From Octopus sinensis (lineage: Eukaryota), in the NCBI RefSeq assembly GCF_006345805.1, contig NC_043014.1, forward strand, positions 27,528,001 through 27,592,000: DNA of 64,000 nt, in the 5' to 3' direction. Positions 1-11,937 of the stretch are shown one piece after another. The position numbers were made by a program, and so were the translations under genes. The notes under the pieces are model-generated. The model was not told where the DNA came from and made no database searches. It saw only the letters and a program-made list of their open reading frames with translations. Each line of letters begins with the position of its first letter. Position 1 is the first letter of the stretch.

Positions 1-310
1 AATCTACTCTGTTGCAAGTATTGTGGCCAGGTCTCCAGTCTGAGGATAACTTCTGTCCTCTTCTGACTAAGCAATTAAAAAACAAAGACTACAGTTTCTC
101 TCCAGTTATCTCCATTTGTTTTATCTGTAAAACCCAAGATTTTTAAAGTCTGGTGGTGATATAATCTGCCAGCCAAGAAGCACATATGTCATCTTTTATT
201 ATTCTGACTCAGAATTCATCTCCCTTTATCATCAAAGCATATATTTGAAAGGATTCGAGTGCTGTAACTTTTCTTTGGTTTCAAAATGATCAACATTCTT
301 GTTGTTTTAA

Positions 311-528
311 CCCTATAGCATTTAAATCGGCCACATTCTGCCCAAATATTCTATGTTTTATGTTCAAACTGGCCAAATCCAGTTTCTTACATCTATCTTA
401 CAATGTCATTCTAAGAATGCATAACAGCATCATTGAAATCTCTAAACTACAAGATAATACATGATTGATTCAAAATAATGTGAATAAATAAGCTTTACAT
501 TTAAGAAAGTAATATGAATGCTAGGGGG
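311..528 (+). mobile_element. piggyBac-type MITE (~220 bp)
   Basis: TTAA at 307-310 and 529-532 flank inverted termini CCCTATAGCATT...AATGCTAGGGGG. Related copies elsewhere in the window. Confidence 0.75.
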
Positions 529-1115
529 TTAAAAAAGAATGCTATGTACTATGTCAGATTTCCATACAGTTTCTGTCAACCAGTTCCACACACAAGGCAT
601 TGGTTGACCAAGTGCCATGCAGTGTGATGGAATTCAAGATGATGTATGTATGTATGGCTGTACAGTTAAGAAGTTCTCTTTACAACCATACAATTTTGGG
701 TTCAATCTCGCTGTGTGGACAGAAACTGTGTAAGCCCATTATATATGTGTAGGAATGGTTATATTTCAATTATCGATATTTGAATGATGTAATGCTAATG
801 TTGCTACCCCTTGTTCATATTAGCACTGGTTGTTCAGAGCTTTCAAAGACCTATGGTATATATAAAAACCCTTCGAAAACAGGTGAAAGTTTGCACCATG
901 AAGGGTATCCAGTTTTAAAATCAATTCCTATCCAAGCCATGTGAGCACAGAGAAATATGTACTCAATGAACACAGAATATATACATAATCGCTTCCTCAA
1001 GTTAAGCTTTACATAAGTCAGTGTTCATGAATGTATGTGTGAGTATCTCTATCTATCTATCTATCTAGATGCATACATACATACATACATACAGGCTGGC
1101 AGACAGACAGACACA

Positions 1116-1490
1116 GGCATGGTTATGTGGTAAGAAGTTTATTTCCCATTTACATGGTTCCAGGTTCAGTTCCACCATATAGCAACCTTGGGCAAGTGGA
1201 TATGGTAGACAGAAACTGAAAGAAACCTGTCATTTACATATATGTGTGTATGTTACTGTGTCTTTGCTTTGACATTTCATGATAATTGTAAAGGCGTGTC
1301 ACCATCATGTAAGCAATGTCCTTCATTTCTAGTATTCTGTGAAAATGTATCTGGTTATGGGAAAATATTACCCTGCTTGGAAGTAGTTTGGTAACAGGAA
1401 GGGCATCCAACCACAAAAGATGCACCTCAAGAAATTCCATTCAGACAATGTGGGCATGGAAAAGTGGTCAGTAAAATAAAAATGAAAATG
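1116..1490 (+). mobile_element. tRNA-derived SINE, long family with RTE-like tail
   Basis: Head GGTTATGTGGTAAGAAG...GGTTCAGTTCC, body CCTTGGGCAAGTG...GACAGAAACTGAAAGAA, tail GGTAACAGGAAGGGCATCC. Collinear copies at 50488-51070 and 41190-41640. Confidence 0.7.
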
Positions 1491-1825
1491 ATATACACAT
1501 GTACACACACAATATATAGAATATATTACAGTGCAATTGTAAGTTTTCAGTAAACTGAGGTCCATAATCATTTCATCTTGGAACTATTTCAGGTGAGTAA
1601 CTAATGCTATCAAAGAAGCATAACACAAATTTCCATTTTTGTTTCAATAAACGTTTCTGAAACATTTAAACTGTATATGAAATAAGTTTGTGTGTGAATG
1701 AAGGTATCACTGTGTGATTGGAAAATTCATTTCACAAGCATGTGGTTTTGATTTTAATCTGCTTTATTCTTGGGTTAACAAGTTAATGGAAGCTGTGTGG
1801 AAGTCCAACTAAAGGACTGTCTCTG

Positions 1826-2062
1826 TTCTTATTTCTTTACTGCCCACAAGAGGCTACACACAGAGGGGACAAACAAGGAAAGACAGACGGATTAAGTCAA
1901 TTATATTGACCCCAGTGCGTAACTGATACTTATTTAATCGACCCCAAAAGGATGAAAAGCTAAGTTGACCTCGACGGAATTTGAACTCAAAACATAGTGG
2001 CAGACGAAATACCGCTATGCATTTCGCCCAGCATGCAAACGTTTCTGCCAGCTCACCACCTT
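1826..2062 (-). mobile_element. tRNA-derived SINE (short family)
   Basis: Reverse complement reads AAGGTGGTGAGCTGGCAGAAACG...GAGTTCAAATTCC...TTTCATCCTTTTGGGGTCGAT. Near full-length; many copies in the window. Confidence 0.8.
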
Positions 2063-2453
2063 CTTTTTGGTGGGGGACGCTGGGATTCCGGGGCTGCAAT
2101 GTGTGTTTGAGGTGTCAATGTTCACTGAGTCCTGCAATTCACATCAGTTCACGCGGATAGCTGCGCTCTTCATCGACGGACAAGCCGAGTGATCCCCTGT
2201 CTGTTCTTGGCTAGTAGATTTACTCCTTAACTTGATTTAACACCACCATTTTGCTCATGGGTACAAATATTCAGGCCAAATCTCTGGTCTGAGGATAACT
2301 TACTCCTTTCTTTTCTTGGAGGCTTAACATAAGGGCCATGGGTGCTATCTTTCTTCCTTTAGGCCATAAAGCAAATACATTCTGCATGTATGATTAATAC
2401 ATATTAATACATCTGAACATAGATTCTTACTTAGATTAATTTTATCTTTCCAG

Positions 2454-2622
2454 TATAAGGATGCTTTTATGAAAGCCAATCCAGATTATAAGTGGCACAG
2501 TTATGAGAAATCAAATTTACTGCTGAATACAAGTTGTGTTCCTACCTTCAGAGATGATCAACCACTTCCTGCATCAAAACCAAATATCTCTTCAGATATC
2601 ACCAATAAAGGCTTCAATAAAG
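2454..2622 (+). CDS. BBX: BBX-like HMG-box transcription factor, first exon in window (end of HMG box; upstream exons lie outside the window)
   Basis: Acceptor tttccag|TAT, donor AAAG|GTAAGC (phase 1). Translation YKDAFMKANPDYKW matches the BBX HMG-box end as I recall it (YKDAFMKANPGYKW). Confidence 0.9.
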
Positions 2623-3102
2623 GTAAGCTGAAGTGCATTTTAGAAAACTTTAACCCTTTCAAGACCCTATAGTAGTTGTTGTTGATGCTTATTACCTATT
2701 AGTAAACACTGATCCAACTCAACTACATAATCAAAGGTGTTCCAGATGCAACCAACTTGTCTCTTTTTTCAGACATAGCCTATCTAAAACTACATTATCT
2801 AATGTGTCCTTCCTTCATTTAAGACAGTAGGATCTTGGAGGAGATTTGATTGCTATTTCGGGTAGGTCCAACAAGCCATGTAGCTGTTCATAGTTACAGA
2901 AGTATTTTATGTGGTTTGTGACCATGTCCCCTCTTATTTTTTGCTGTGGGTGTGTACAGAATTTATTTGTGTTCAAATTTAGCCTTTCTTTGCAAAGTAT
3001 ATGTGAGTAACCATCGCTCAAATACCATATTGATCAACGAAGCAAAAAATGCACACCATTTTTATTTGCATATTATTTGATATTTTAACATGAAATTGTA
3101 GT

Positions 3103-3368
3103 GGAGATGCATGGCCTAGTGGTTAGGGTGTTGCACTCATAGTCACAAGATTGTAGTTGCAATTCCTAGACCAGGTGGTGCATTGTGTTCTTGAGCAAAA
3201 TACTTCACCTCATGTTGCTCTGTGGTCACTTCAATATCTGACATCAATTTGATGGAGTGAGTGAGTTAATGTGTGGCACATACATTTGATCACTAAAAAC
3301 AAATCATTAGTGCAGGTCATTCGACAAAAGCTGAACACTCATACATTGTCTTCGATAGGAGAGTCCAT
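3103..3368 (+). mobile_element. tRNA-derived SINE (third family)
   Basis: A-box-like TGGCCTAGTGG and B-box-like GTTGCAATTCC, followed by the GTGTTCTTGAGCAA core typical of superfamily SINEs. Confidence 0.65.
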
Positions 3369-3945
3369 CATAAAATTGTACAATTAATTTCTTCAATTAA
3401 GAATATTAGGTTTCACCTTGCAAATATTGTATGTGTTTGTATTTTTTTTTTTTAGCTCTTATTGTAAAATGTGTGCATGTACAAGCTCATGACTCAGAAG
3501 AAACACATACTGTTGATAACAGAGAGCTGTATTAGGTAACACTCTGACAACTGAGATTTACGGAAAACATAGTTGTATAAGATAACCATTATACTATGTC
3601 TTAGGTGATTCAGAAGTGTAAATGGCTTGATTTGGTGATATTAGAACAACAGTTGATCAAAATTTTGTCAAAGAAGCCAGTGTTATGAAATTACTGGTGT
3701 TGTAACAGTTTCTGTTTCATTGCTATAATGTTTTGCAGAACATGTATATATATAAATTTTTTTTTAGCTAACATTGTATGTTACAACAAATATAAACAGT
3801 ATGTTGGCTGATAAGCCTTATGTTCTATAGTACATTATAGCAACAGACTGAAACATTTTTAACACACCAGTAATTCAATGTTCAATTTTGCTGCCCTGAA
3901 AATATTAAACATGTAAATTGATCTACACAGTTTACCATACTCTCT

Positions 3946-4146
3946 AATGTCGGTTTCAAATTTTGGCACAAAGCCAGCAATTGTGGGAGTGGGGGTAAGT
4001 CAATTATATCAACCCCAATGCTTGATTGGTACTTATTTTATCACCCAGGAAAGGCAAGGTTGATCCTGGTGGAATTTGAATTTAGAGCATAAAGACAGAT
4101 GAAATGCCTCTAAGCATTTTGCCTGGTGTGCTAGCTTGCCACCTTA
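3946..4146 (-). mobile_element. tRNA-derived SINE (short family)
   Basis: Reverse-complement similarity to 4305-4523 and 1826-2062. Confidence 0.7.
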
Positions 4147-4304
4147 TATACCTTCTAGCATTAATGGGTTTATATACTGTGTTTGTGCATAGCTGCTGAT
4201 GAAGACTCAGAAAAAAATCAAAACGTACATACTGCTGTTCCCTCTTTTTTTGTCTGCATTCATATTGTACAGACAAATTGTTTACATTCATTATAACACA
4301 CAGT

Positions 4305-4523
4305 AAAGGTGGCGAACTGGCAGAAACATTAGCATGCCAGGCGAAATGCTTAGCAATATTTCATCTGTCTTTACATTCTGAGTTCAAATTCCACTGATGT
4401 CGACTTTGCCTTTCATCCTTTTGGGGTTAATAAATTAAGTACCAGTTTGTACTGGAGTCAATCTAATCGACTGACCCTCTCCCCCCAAATTTCAGGCCTT
4501 GTGCCTAGAGTAGAAAAGATTAT
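4305..4523 (+). mobile_element. tRNA-derived SINE (short family)
   Basis: AAAGGTGGCGAACTGGCAGAAAC...GAGTTCAAATTCC...GCCTTTCATCCTTTTGGGG. Other copies at about 18960-19210 (-), 24880-25090 (+), 30595-30790 (+). Confidence 0.8.
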
Positions 4524-7500
4524 AGCACACAGTGTTAGCTAAAAATCCCAATACATATGTTGTATGGTAGAGTACAGCAATGACATTTCATTTAGTGCCA
4601 GGTTAACCCTGACCGACAGATCTATGACTATAAAGGTATTATTGTTGTGACCTTTCCATCTATTCAAGCAGTTTTTCTCAGACTACTTTATCCAAAGTCT
4701 TTTTTTTAAAGATATTGAGGCATGATTTAAAAGAAGAGATGCTTTTTCACTTGCTTGTTTGTCCATCTTTAATGAATCATATGTATTCAACAACACAAAG
4801 GAGATGCTCCTCATTATATATATATATAGCATCTAAGTAACACATTTAAAAGTAGAAATATGTAAATCATAATCAAAACCCAAAGAATGAGAAGCAAGTT
4901 GAACGACCTGCTCCTAGTTTTTGAGTTCAAACCCACTGCAGTTCTATTGTTTATCTGGACAGAATACTTATTTCTACTTTACCTCAGTCAATCCAGCTGT
5001 CAAAAGTGGGTAACATAACCTTTAGGAGGAAGGGATTTATATGTCTTGGAAATAGATCTCTGCTAAGTTGATAAATTTTAAGATTATTTTTTTTTAAGTT
5101 AGATTATTGTAGGGCCTTCAGTTTTCATGTTGGTGGCATACATATTTTACCATCAGTAATTCACCCAGTTTTGTTTTGACTGACATCTACCTGCTCTTGT
5201 TGGTACTTTTTGTTTTGGTTCATTATTAAAGATAGTGTGTGTGTGTGTAGACATTACAGCAGATATCCAGTAAGCTTTGGAACAGAACATTAAAAACACA
5301 AGCCTTTAATCCTTCAGATGCAAATCCATCTGAGACTAAATCACTAGTCCTTCAGGACTTATTTTAAAACATCCATTATTTCATGTAAGGACATTTTTAG
5401 TTAGGTCCTAAGTATCTGCTTAATAATGAAAAAGTTGGTTATTTTATTAAATTCCTCAAATTCTCAATTTCAAGCCAAATGAAACATTTGGACTGCAAAT
5501 AATTGCACCAATCATAACTTTACAAAGGTAATTATTGAAACAATTTATAAAACAAAGTAACTAAATTACTTTATTAATTGTAATCAAATGATAAAATAAA
5601 TCTTATTTCAGTGGATCATAAAACTTTGATGTACTCAAATATATTGTGTAGAAGACCAAAAGCACTTAATAAAATGTCTTTTAAAAAAAGGGGGTGATGA
5701 TGAAATCTTTGCAACAAAACTTCTATTTGATTTATTTTGCATCTAGTGAAACTAAACTAGATACTGAAGAACAAATTCAGTTTTACTTAAACTGTCACCA
5801 CACTAAAAAATGCTGAGTTGTGCTAATTTTTGTAGTCAGTACTAGCAGACATACCGAACATTGCTCGGGATTTAAATGGCATATTTTGTATATATGTTAA
5901 GTTGAAACGTGATACGGGGAAGTGCAACATTGACGACAAAACATTTGTGGAGTAAATGAAGGGCTAATTTGACTGACATGTCATGCATCTGTTTGGAAGA
6001 TTCCAGGCCCTAACCTTGTCTTGGAAAAGTGGATAGGGGGTATGTGATTTTTGAATGCACCAAAAAACTCTGTGGAAATACTCTCCTTTGTACCTGTTAG
6101 CGCTGCTGCTACCACGCTGAACAATCAGCAGACATAGGAACTACATCCATGTGATAAATTAAGCCTGTGAGCATGCTCAACAGCACCGCATGAAAGGAAT
6201 GACATGGTAAGGGTGATGATTGGCTGAAGTTGTTAATGCAGTATTCCCAGCCAGGTGAATACTACACTGCTCATCACTTTCCATTGCTCTTGTAGTAGCT
6301 GTACATGCAGCATTTTGTGATTGTCTAATTAAAATTTCACGTAACGATTCGTTTGCTCTCCTTTTCAATTTCTCTGCTACCTCCATTTTTTGACCAATGG
6401 AGGATCTCTTCTTTGGAGACATTATGTCAAGAAATATCACATAATAAACTAAGATGACAATTGTATGTTAATAATGAAATGTCAGTAAAAAAAAAAGGTA
6501 AATAATATCAATATCTTAACAAATTTTAAGAAAAGTTACTCCGTAAAGAGTTACCTCCCTTCTCCATAGTAGCCGTACTTACCCAAGGAAAGAGGGTTTC
6601 TGGCCTCAGAGGTCCCATTACTCATTATGTGAAAAATTTTAAGAGTCTAAAACCACCTCTGGAATATAAGTAATGCATGTTTAGTTTGAAGGAAATCAGT
6701 TGCAAACTTCAGAAGTTATGCAGGTTTACACACATACATACATACATACAACACTAAAAGCATGTTGAGAAAAGCTATTGTACTTGTTATAATCATGTTT
6801 TTTTTTCTGTTTTACGGGTTTATAAAATGTTTATATTACTCTAGTATCAGTATTGAGCTCTATTGTTTTCCATAACCATAAGTTTATTTTGGTATGTATG
6901 GTGTATGTATAAGTTATGCAGAAAATTATTCTGTAAAATGTAATTGTTGCTATTCCAGATTACTGCAAGCAGGGCTGTATTCTGAATAATCATTTTTGTT
7001 CAAAAGATTTACGTTTAAAATACTTTCAAAGTAGTAGTAGTAGTAATTGTGACAGTGCTGTTGGGGGGGGGGGGTATGCTTTCACAGCACTATCAACATT
7101 AAACTAAGAAGTGTTGAAATAATTCTTGAAAAACACCTGTGTGGAGTTTAAGTCCAGATTTAGCAGTCTTGGTACTTGACATAGGTCAATGTTACATGCC
7201 CTGAACCAGTCAAAGGTCACTTGACAATATAATAAGGAAATATGATAAAAGTCTAAAAGTCCAGCAGCCTGTCCATCAGTATAACTGACAACTCTCTGCC
7301 TACAATTTTATGCTATCTGTGTGTACACACACACACACACACACACATAATTTAAAGTAATAGGAAAGTTTATTAAAAGCCTAATCTTCATTGAAAACTT
7401 GTGATATGAAATGGTTGATATTTAGCTTCAGGTCAGCCCTGACTGAGCAAAATTATCTCAATAGTGTCTACCCAATTTCTCTTTTGGCTGTGGTTAGAGT

Positions 7501-7559
7501 GTACTACTTGCTATATATATATAGAAGATCAAGTAACTATGTAAAGGGCTATCTTTACA

Positions 7560-8095
7560 TAGCTTTCGTTACCTTGGTGACCAAGTCAGCTGTGGAGGAG
7601 GATGCTCTGAGAGTGTAGCTGCTGGAATAAGAATAGACTGGGCGAAGTTCAGAGCTGCTACTTTTGTTGGTATCAAAAGCCTCTCCCTCGAAGTGAAAAG
7701 CAGATTGTATGATGCCTCTGTGCAAACAACCATGCTACATCGTAGTGAAACCTAGGCTGTGACTGCAGAAAACATGTGAAGAATTGAAAGAAATGAAGCT
7801 AATATGCTTGGCTGGATATGCAGTGTCAGTGTGTCTTAACACAAAGATTGCGTATAAGAGGCAGGAGATGTAGTGTACAAGAGAGAAGACTGTACTGGTA
7901 TGGCCATGTGATGCATATGGATGAGGATACCTGCATAAGGAGGGAACCTGTGGAAGAGGTTGACCCAGAAAAGCATGGGATGAGGTGATGAATTATGATC
8001 TTCAGATGTTGAGTCTTACAGAAGAAATGACAACTGAGATTTCTTGCAAGTTGCTGTGCTTGAGTCCAAGGCTTGGTTGACCGAGGACTATAGTA
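7560..8095 (+). mobile_element. RTE-clade LINE, decayed 3' fragment
   Basis: Degenerate match to the RIRIAWAKFRELLPLL...KGRLYDACV region seen at 34050-34150 and 37900-38050; frameshifts and stops. Confidence 0.75.
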
Positions 8096-8352
8096 AAAGA
8101 CATATGTCAATGTACCACACCATGGCATGGGACTAAACCTGAAATCATGTGGCTGGGAAGCAAACTTCTTAAATGCATGCCCATGCCTGCTCCTACACAC
8201 ACACACACACACACACAGATTTGTGTAAATGTGTATATATTTATTATGTTATATTGTATTTGTCATGTCTTACATTCAATTTTTATTTATCATTTAATTC
8301 TGCACATTATAATGATATATTCCCTCATTCAAATTTACTGCGTCTGTTCCAG

Positions 8353-8513
8353 ACTGCTTAGCCTGCTATAGACCCTGCACTACCAACAGCAACAATATGA
8401 ATTTGTTAATGATGGCTATTGAGCAGAATGCAACTGAATCAACATGCAATCATTTATCACAGACCAATATCAAGAAGGAGCTTCCAGAAATCTCTGCTGA
8501 TTCCCCTGATATG
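8353..8513 (+). CDS. BBX: BBX-like exon 2 (in window)
   Basis: Acceptor ttccag|AC, donor ATG|GTGAGT. Phase 1 in, phase 0 out, open frame DCLACYRPCTTNSNNMNLLMMAIEQ...SPDM, phase-compatible with both neighbours. Confidence 0.75.
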
Positions 8514-10754
8514 GTGAGTGCCTGTGTAATTTCTGATCATTAAGCTCTAGCTTCCATAATTTTCCTTGGTCTTTCTGATTGTTACCAGGTATTTTAGAAA
8601 AATATATTTTTTTTTAAATTTAGAAAAACAACATTGAACTCTTATATCTCTTCACTGATGAGGAGCCAAATTATGGCTCTTTACATGAGAATTACTAGAA
8701 GGTGAGGGGAGTCCTTCACATTTTAGTTAATTTAGTTGACTGTAAAAGTACTACTGAAGAGTTTATCACTGTGATGTTTTTTAACCCTTCACTGGGTCAC
8801 ACCAAAGATAGTTCTAAGTTGTTTATCTTGAAAATAATGAATAATTTGAAAAGATTTTGTAAAATATCAAACTTTTTCATTAATTGGTGTATTAAACTGA
8901 CATTTGGAATATAATTTAGCAAAATGTTTTTATATACCATATTTATTTAGTGTTAAATCTAGGGAAAAAAATTTTTCATTTCATAAGTTACACCCAAGTT
9001 TTTTCAGTTAAAATCCAGATAAAATAATTAAATTAATTTAAATGTGGTAGTTTTGTATCATAAAACCAGGAATTGTCTGAGACATGTTGATGTCAAGAGT
9101 TAAGTCTTAAGTCATCCTTACAGCACTCACCATTCTCCTGACTATTAACTACAACCAAAAATAATGAGTGGGTCTTGAGAGTTGATTGCAAGCAAATGAA
9201 TTCTTGGATTATTATATTTTACCCATGCAGAGGGAATTACCCTGCAGTTGAGGACTGATTGAATGTTATCGAGAAGAGTTTTATATCCTGATGAACCCTA
9301 TATTCATTTCAAACCTTGTCAAAGAATTAGCAGAAAAAGTTTGAAACTTCGTAGTGTCATCTAAAAATCAAAATGGCAAAAACTAAAAGTACTTCCTTAA
9401 GTCTCAACATAACCCCCACCTCTCCCAATTTTCATCTAAAATCATTAATATATTTTATACGCTTATTTATTAAAAGGTAATATTTATCTTCCAAGTGGAT
9501 ATTGTGTTAGAACACAGAATACTACATTATTTACCATGACAGAACCTCTCATATGGACTTGTGGTACATAAAAGCACTTGTGTTTATATTGCTGATGGGT
9601 GATAACGTCTGGTGCAGCAGCCGGAACTGCCAGATCACATGTTTTCACCCTTCCTTGGGCTTTTTAATGGCAAACGTCTTGCCAGACACTGCAGCCAATT
9701 CTCCCATCAGTGATATATAAAATCTCGGTGTCTATTCAGGCACTGGTGTTGCAAATAGTCAGTGTGCTTATTAAAAAATAATTGATAGTGACAGAAGCAG
9801 TATTAATACCGAAAGATAATATTTATCTTCCACTAAAAGTGGATGTGTTAGAATACAGAATAGTGTATTATTTACGAAAAGGGGTTTATTTACATGAGGT
9901 TTTGCATGAAATTTGAAATGTAGAAGATTTGTCAAAAGTCAAATCCAAAAGTCAGCATGGCAATGACTAAAGTATTATACTGAGGATTTACTAAATATAA
10001 AATGTGTTTCTCTAGTTATAAGCAGTACTGCAACACTAGTAAACAATAATATATAAAGAGAAAAGAATATAAGCATATTAGAAACTAAGAAAAAGAAAAT
10101 ATATCAAAGTAAGCAAACCAAATAACTATCACTGTAACAATGTGACATGGCAACAAAATCATGCATACACATATGTACACACAAAAATATATTATGTGGT
10201 CTACAAGATGTTCTCAAAAATAAGAAAAGAATTTAATTTCATTTGAACAGATAGTTAATAAAAGTGGGGATTTTTTTGTGACATGGGCACATTAATTTGT
10301 TATGAAGCAGCAATGCAATGGTGATTAAAAATAAACATTTGTACAATATTTACATATGTGTAATACAAATGGACTATCAGGTACTGCTATATTTGTTCCA
10401 TTAAGAATCTTTATTAATCATGTGACAGTCGGGAATGTAGTATGTACAACATCCATAAAATTATTCTCAAGTTTGTTGTTGATCAGTTATTGATTCATCA
10501 TCATGCCATTGTTTGGTGATGAGTTGAGAATTGCATATTCTTATGGATATTGTACATACTATACTATGTCCACCTTACAATAAAGTATTATGTTTTTATA
10601 CCACTCTTAAGGTTCAATTCATCTTTGGATTTTATTGGATTTGTGCATTACCAAACAACTGTGAACTTCTCTCCATTGATGCATTCCCTGCTATGATAAT
10701 GGAACTTTTATTATTAATATATCTGAGTGTGTATCATTTTTATTTCTTTTACAG

Positions 10755-11242
10755 TCTATGCTATTGAGCCAAGAGAGCGCTAAAGTTTCCTGGTTATCTA
10801 AAATCAACCTTCAACCAGATACTGAAAACTCTGAACTCAGGTTATGTCAAAACTGGGACTTCAAGAACAAAGATATCACTCAATGCTCTTGTGAACCATC
10901 TACCAACCCAACCCAACACATTGTAAAGGAATCACCACCCCCTAGTACTACTGATAATGCAACAAGTCCTCATCATCATTACAAAGACTGTAATGAATCT
11001 GATGGCTACAAAAATCATCAGGGTGATGCTAGTGTGGATGTTAATTGGGCTAAATCTGCTGGTTTGGAATTTCAGTCATCCTTTGAATACCCATTGAGAG
11101 ACAATAATATACCAACACGTAAATCAAAACGAAGGAACAAAGGAGCCATTTACAAAAATCTGATTGCTAGTGGAGCTCTTCCAGCATCCCGGGAGCGTCT
11201 GGCTGAGATCCAGACCATCTACAAAGTTACCTCTGATGATAG
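10755..11242 (+). CDS. BBX: BBX-like exon 3 (in window)
   Basis: Acceptor tttacag|TCT, donor AG|GTAAGA (phase 2). Contains PTRKSKRRNKGAIYKNLIASGAL, resembling the BBX motif RSCKGALYKTLVSEGML. Confidence 0.9.
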
Positions 11243-11715
11243 GTAAGAAGAAAATGTCATACTTCAGATTCAGTTTAACACTTTGGAGTCTATAGTATTG
11301 TTAATAACCACTGGATAATAACTGTTATAACTAGCAAGCCCAAAAGAGGCAATTAGTTTGTAAGCTGTTGGAAATTTTAGAATTCAAAGGGGAATATAAC
11401 TATATCTTATAGATACATATAACTATATGCAGTTGTGTATAAGTTAGATGTAACTATTGCAGAGAGTTATAGCTATATGTACATTTACTTATTTAATGTT
11501 AATTTTATTAGTACTAGGTTTACCTCTTTATACACTAAGATCACTGGTAGCTCAACCATTGAGATGTTCAAATCCCACTGTGGTTGAATTTGCTTATCCT
11601 TCCTGAGTCAAATATAATTAGCAAGTGACTCTGGTGCTGATTAAATTGACTACATACCTTCTATCTCATCTGGAGTTGTTGCTTTGTTTTACAGACAGAA
11701 ATCATTATTAATCCA

Positions 11716-11937
11716 CCCTTTAGCATTCAAATTATTCTATCAAATGTAATGCTTATTTATTCATATTGTTCTCAATTAATTATGCATTATCTTGTAGCTT
11801 TGAAGTTTTAATGATGTCATTGTTTTATTTTTACAACGACATTATAGGGTTGATGGCAAAGGCCAAATCTGGCTAATTTGAACATAAAACAGGTAGAATA
11901 TTTTGGCTGGATATACATCTGTTTAAATGCTAAAGGG
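11716..11937 (-). mobile_element. piggyBac-type MITE copy
   Basis: Termini CCCTTTAGCATT / AATGCTAAAGGG followed by TTAA; internal sequence is the reverse complement of 311-528. Confidence 0.75.

Noticed and set aside
5694-5767. C/D-box snoRNA candidate (GTGATGA...CTGA)
   Set aside because: No terminal stem and no recognisable rRNA antisense element; both boxes are common by chance.
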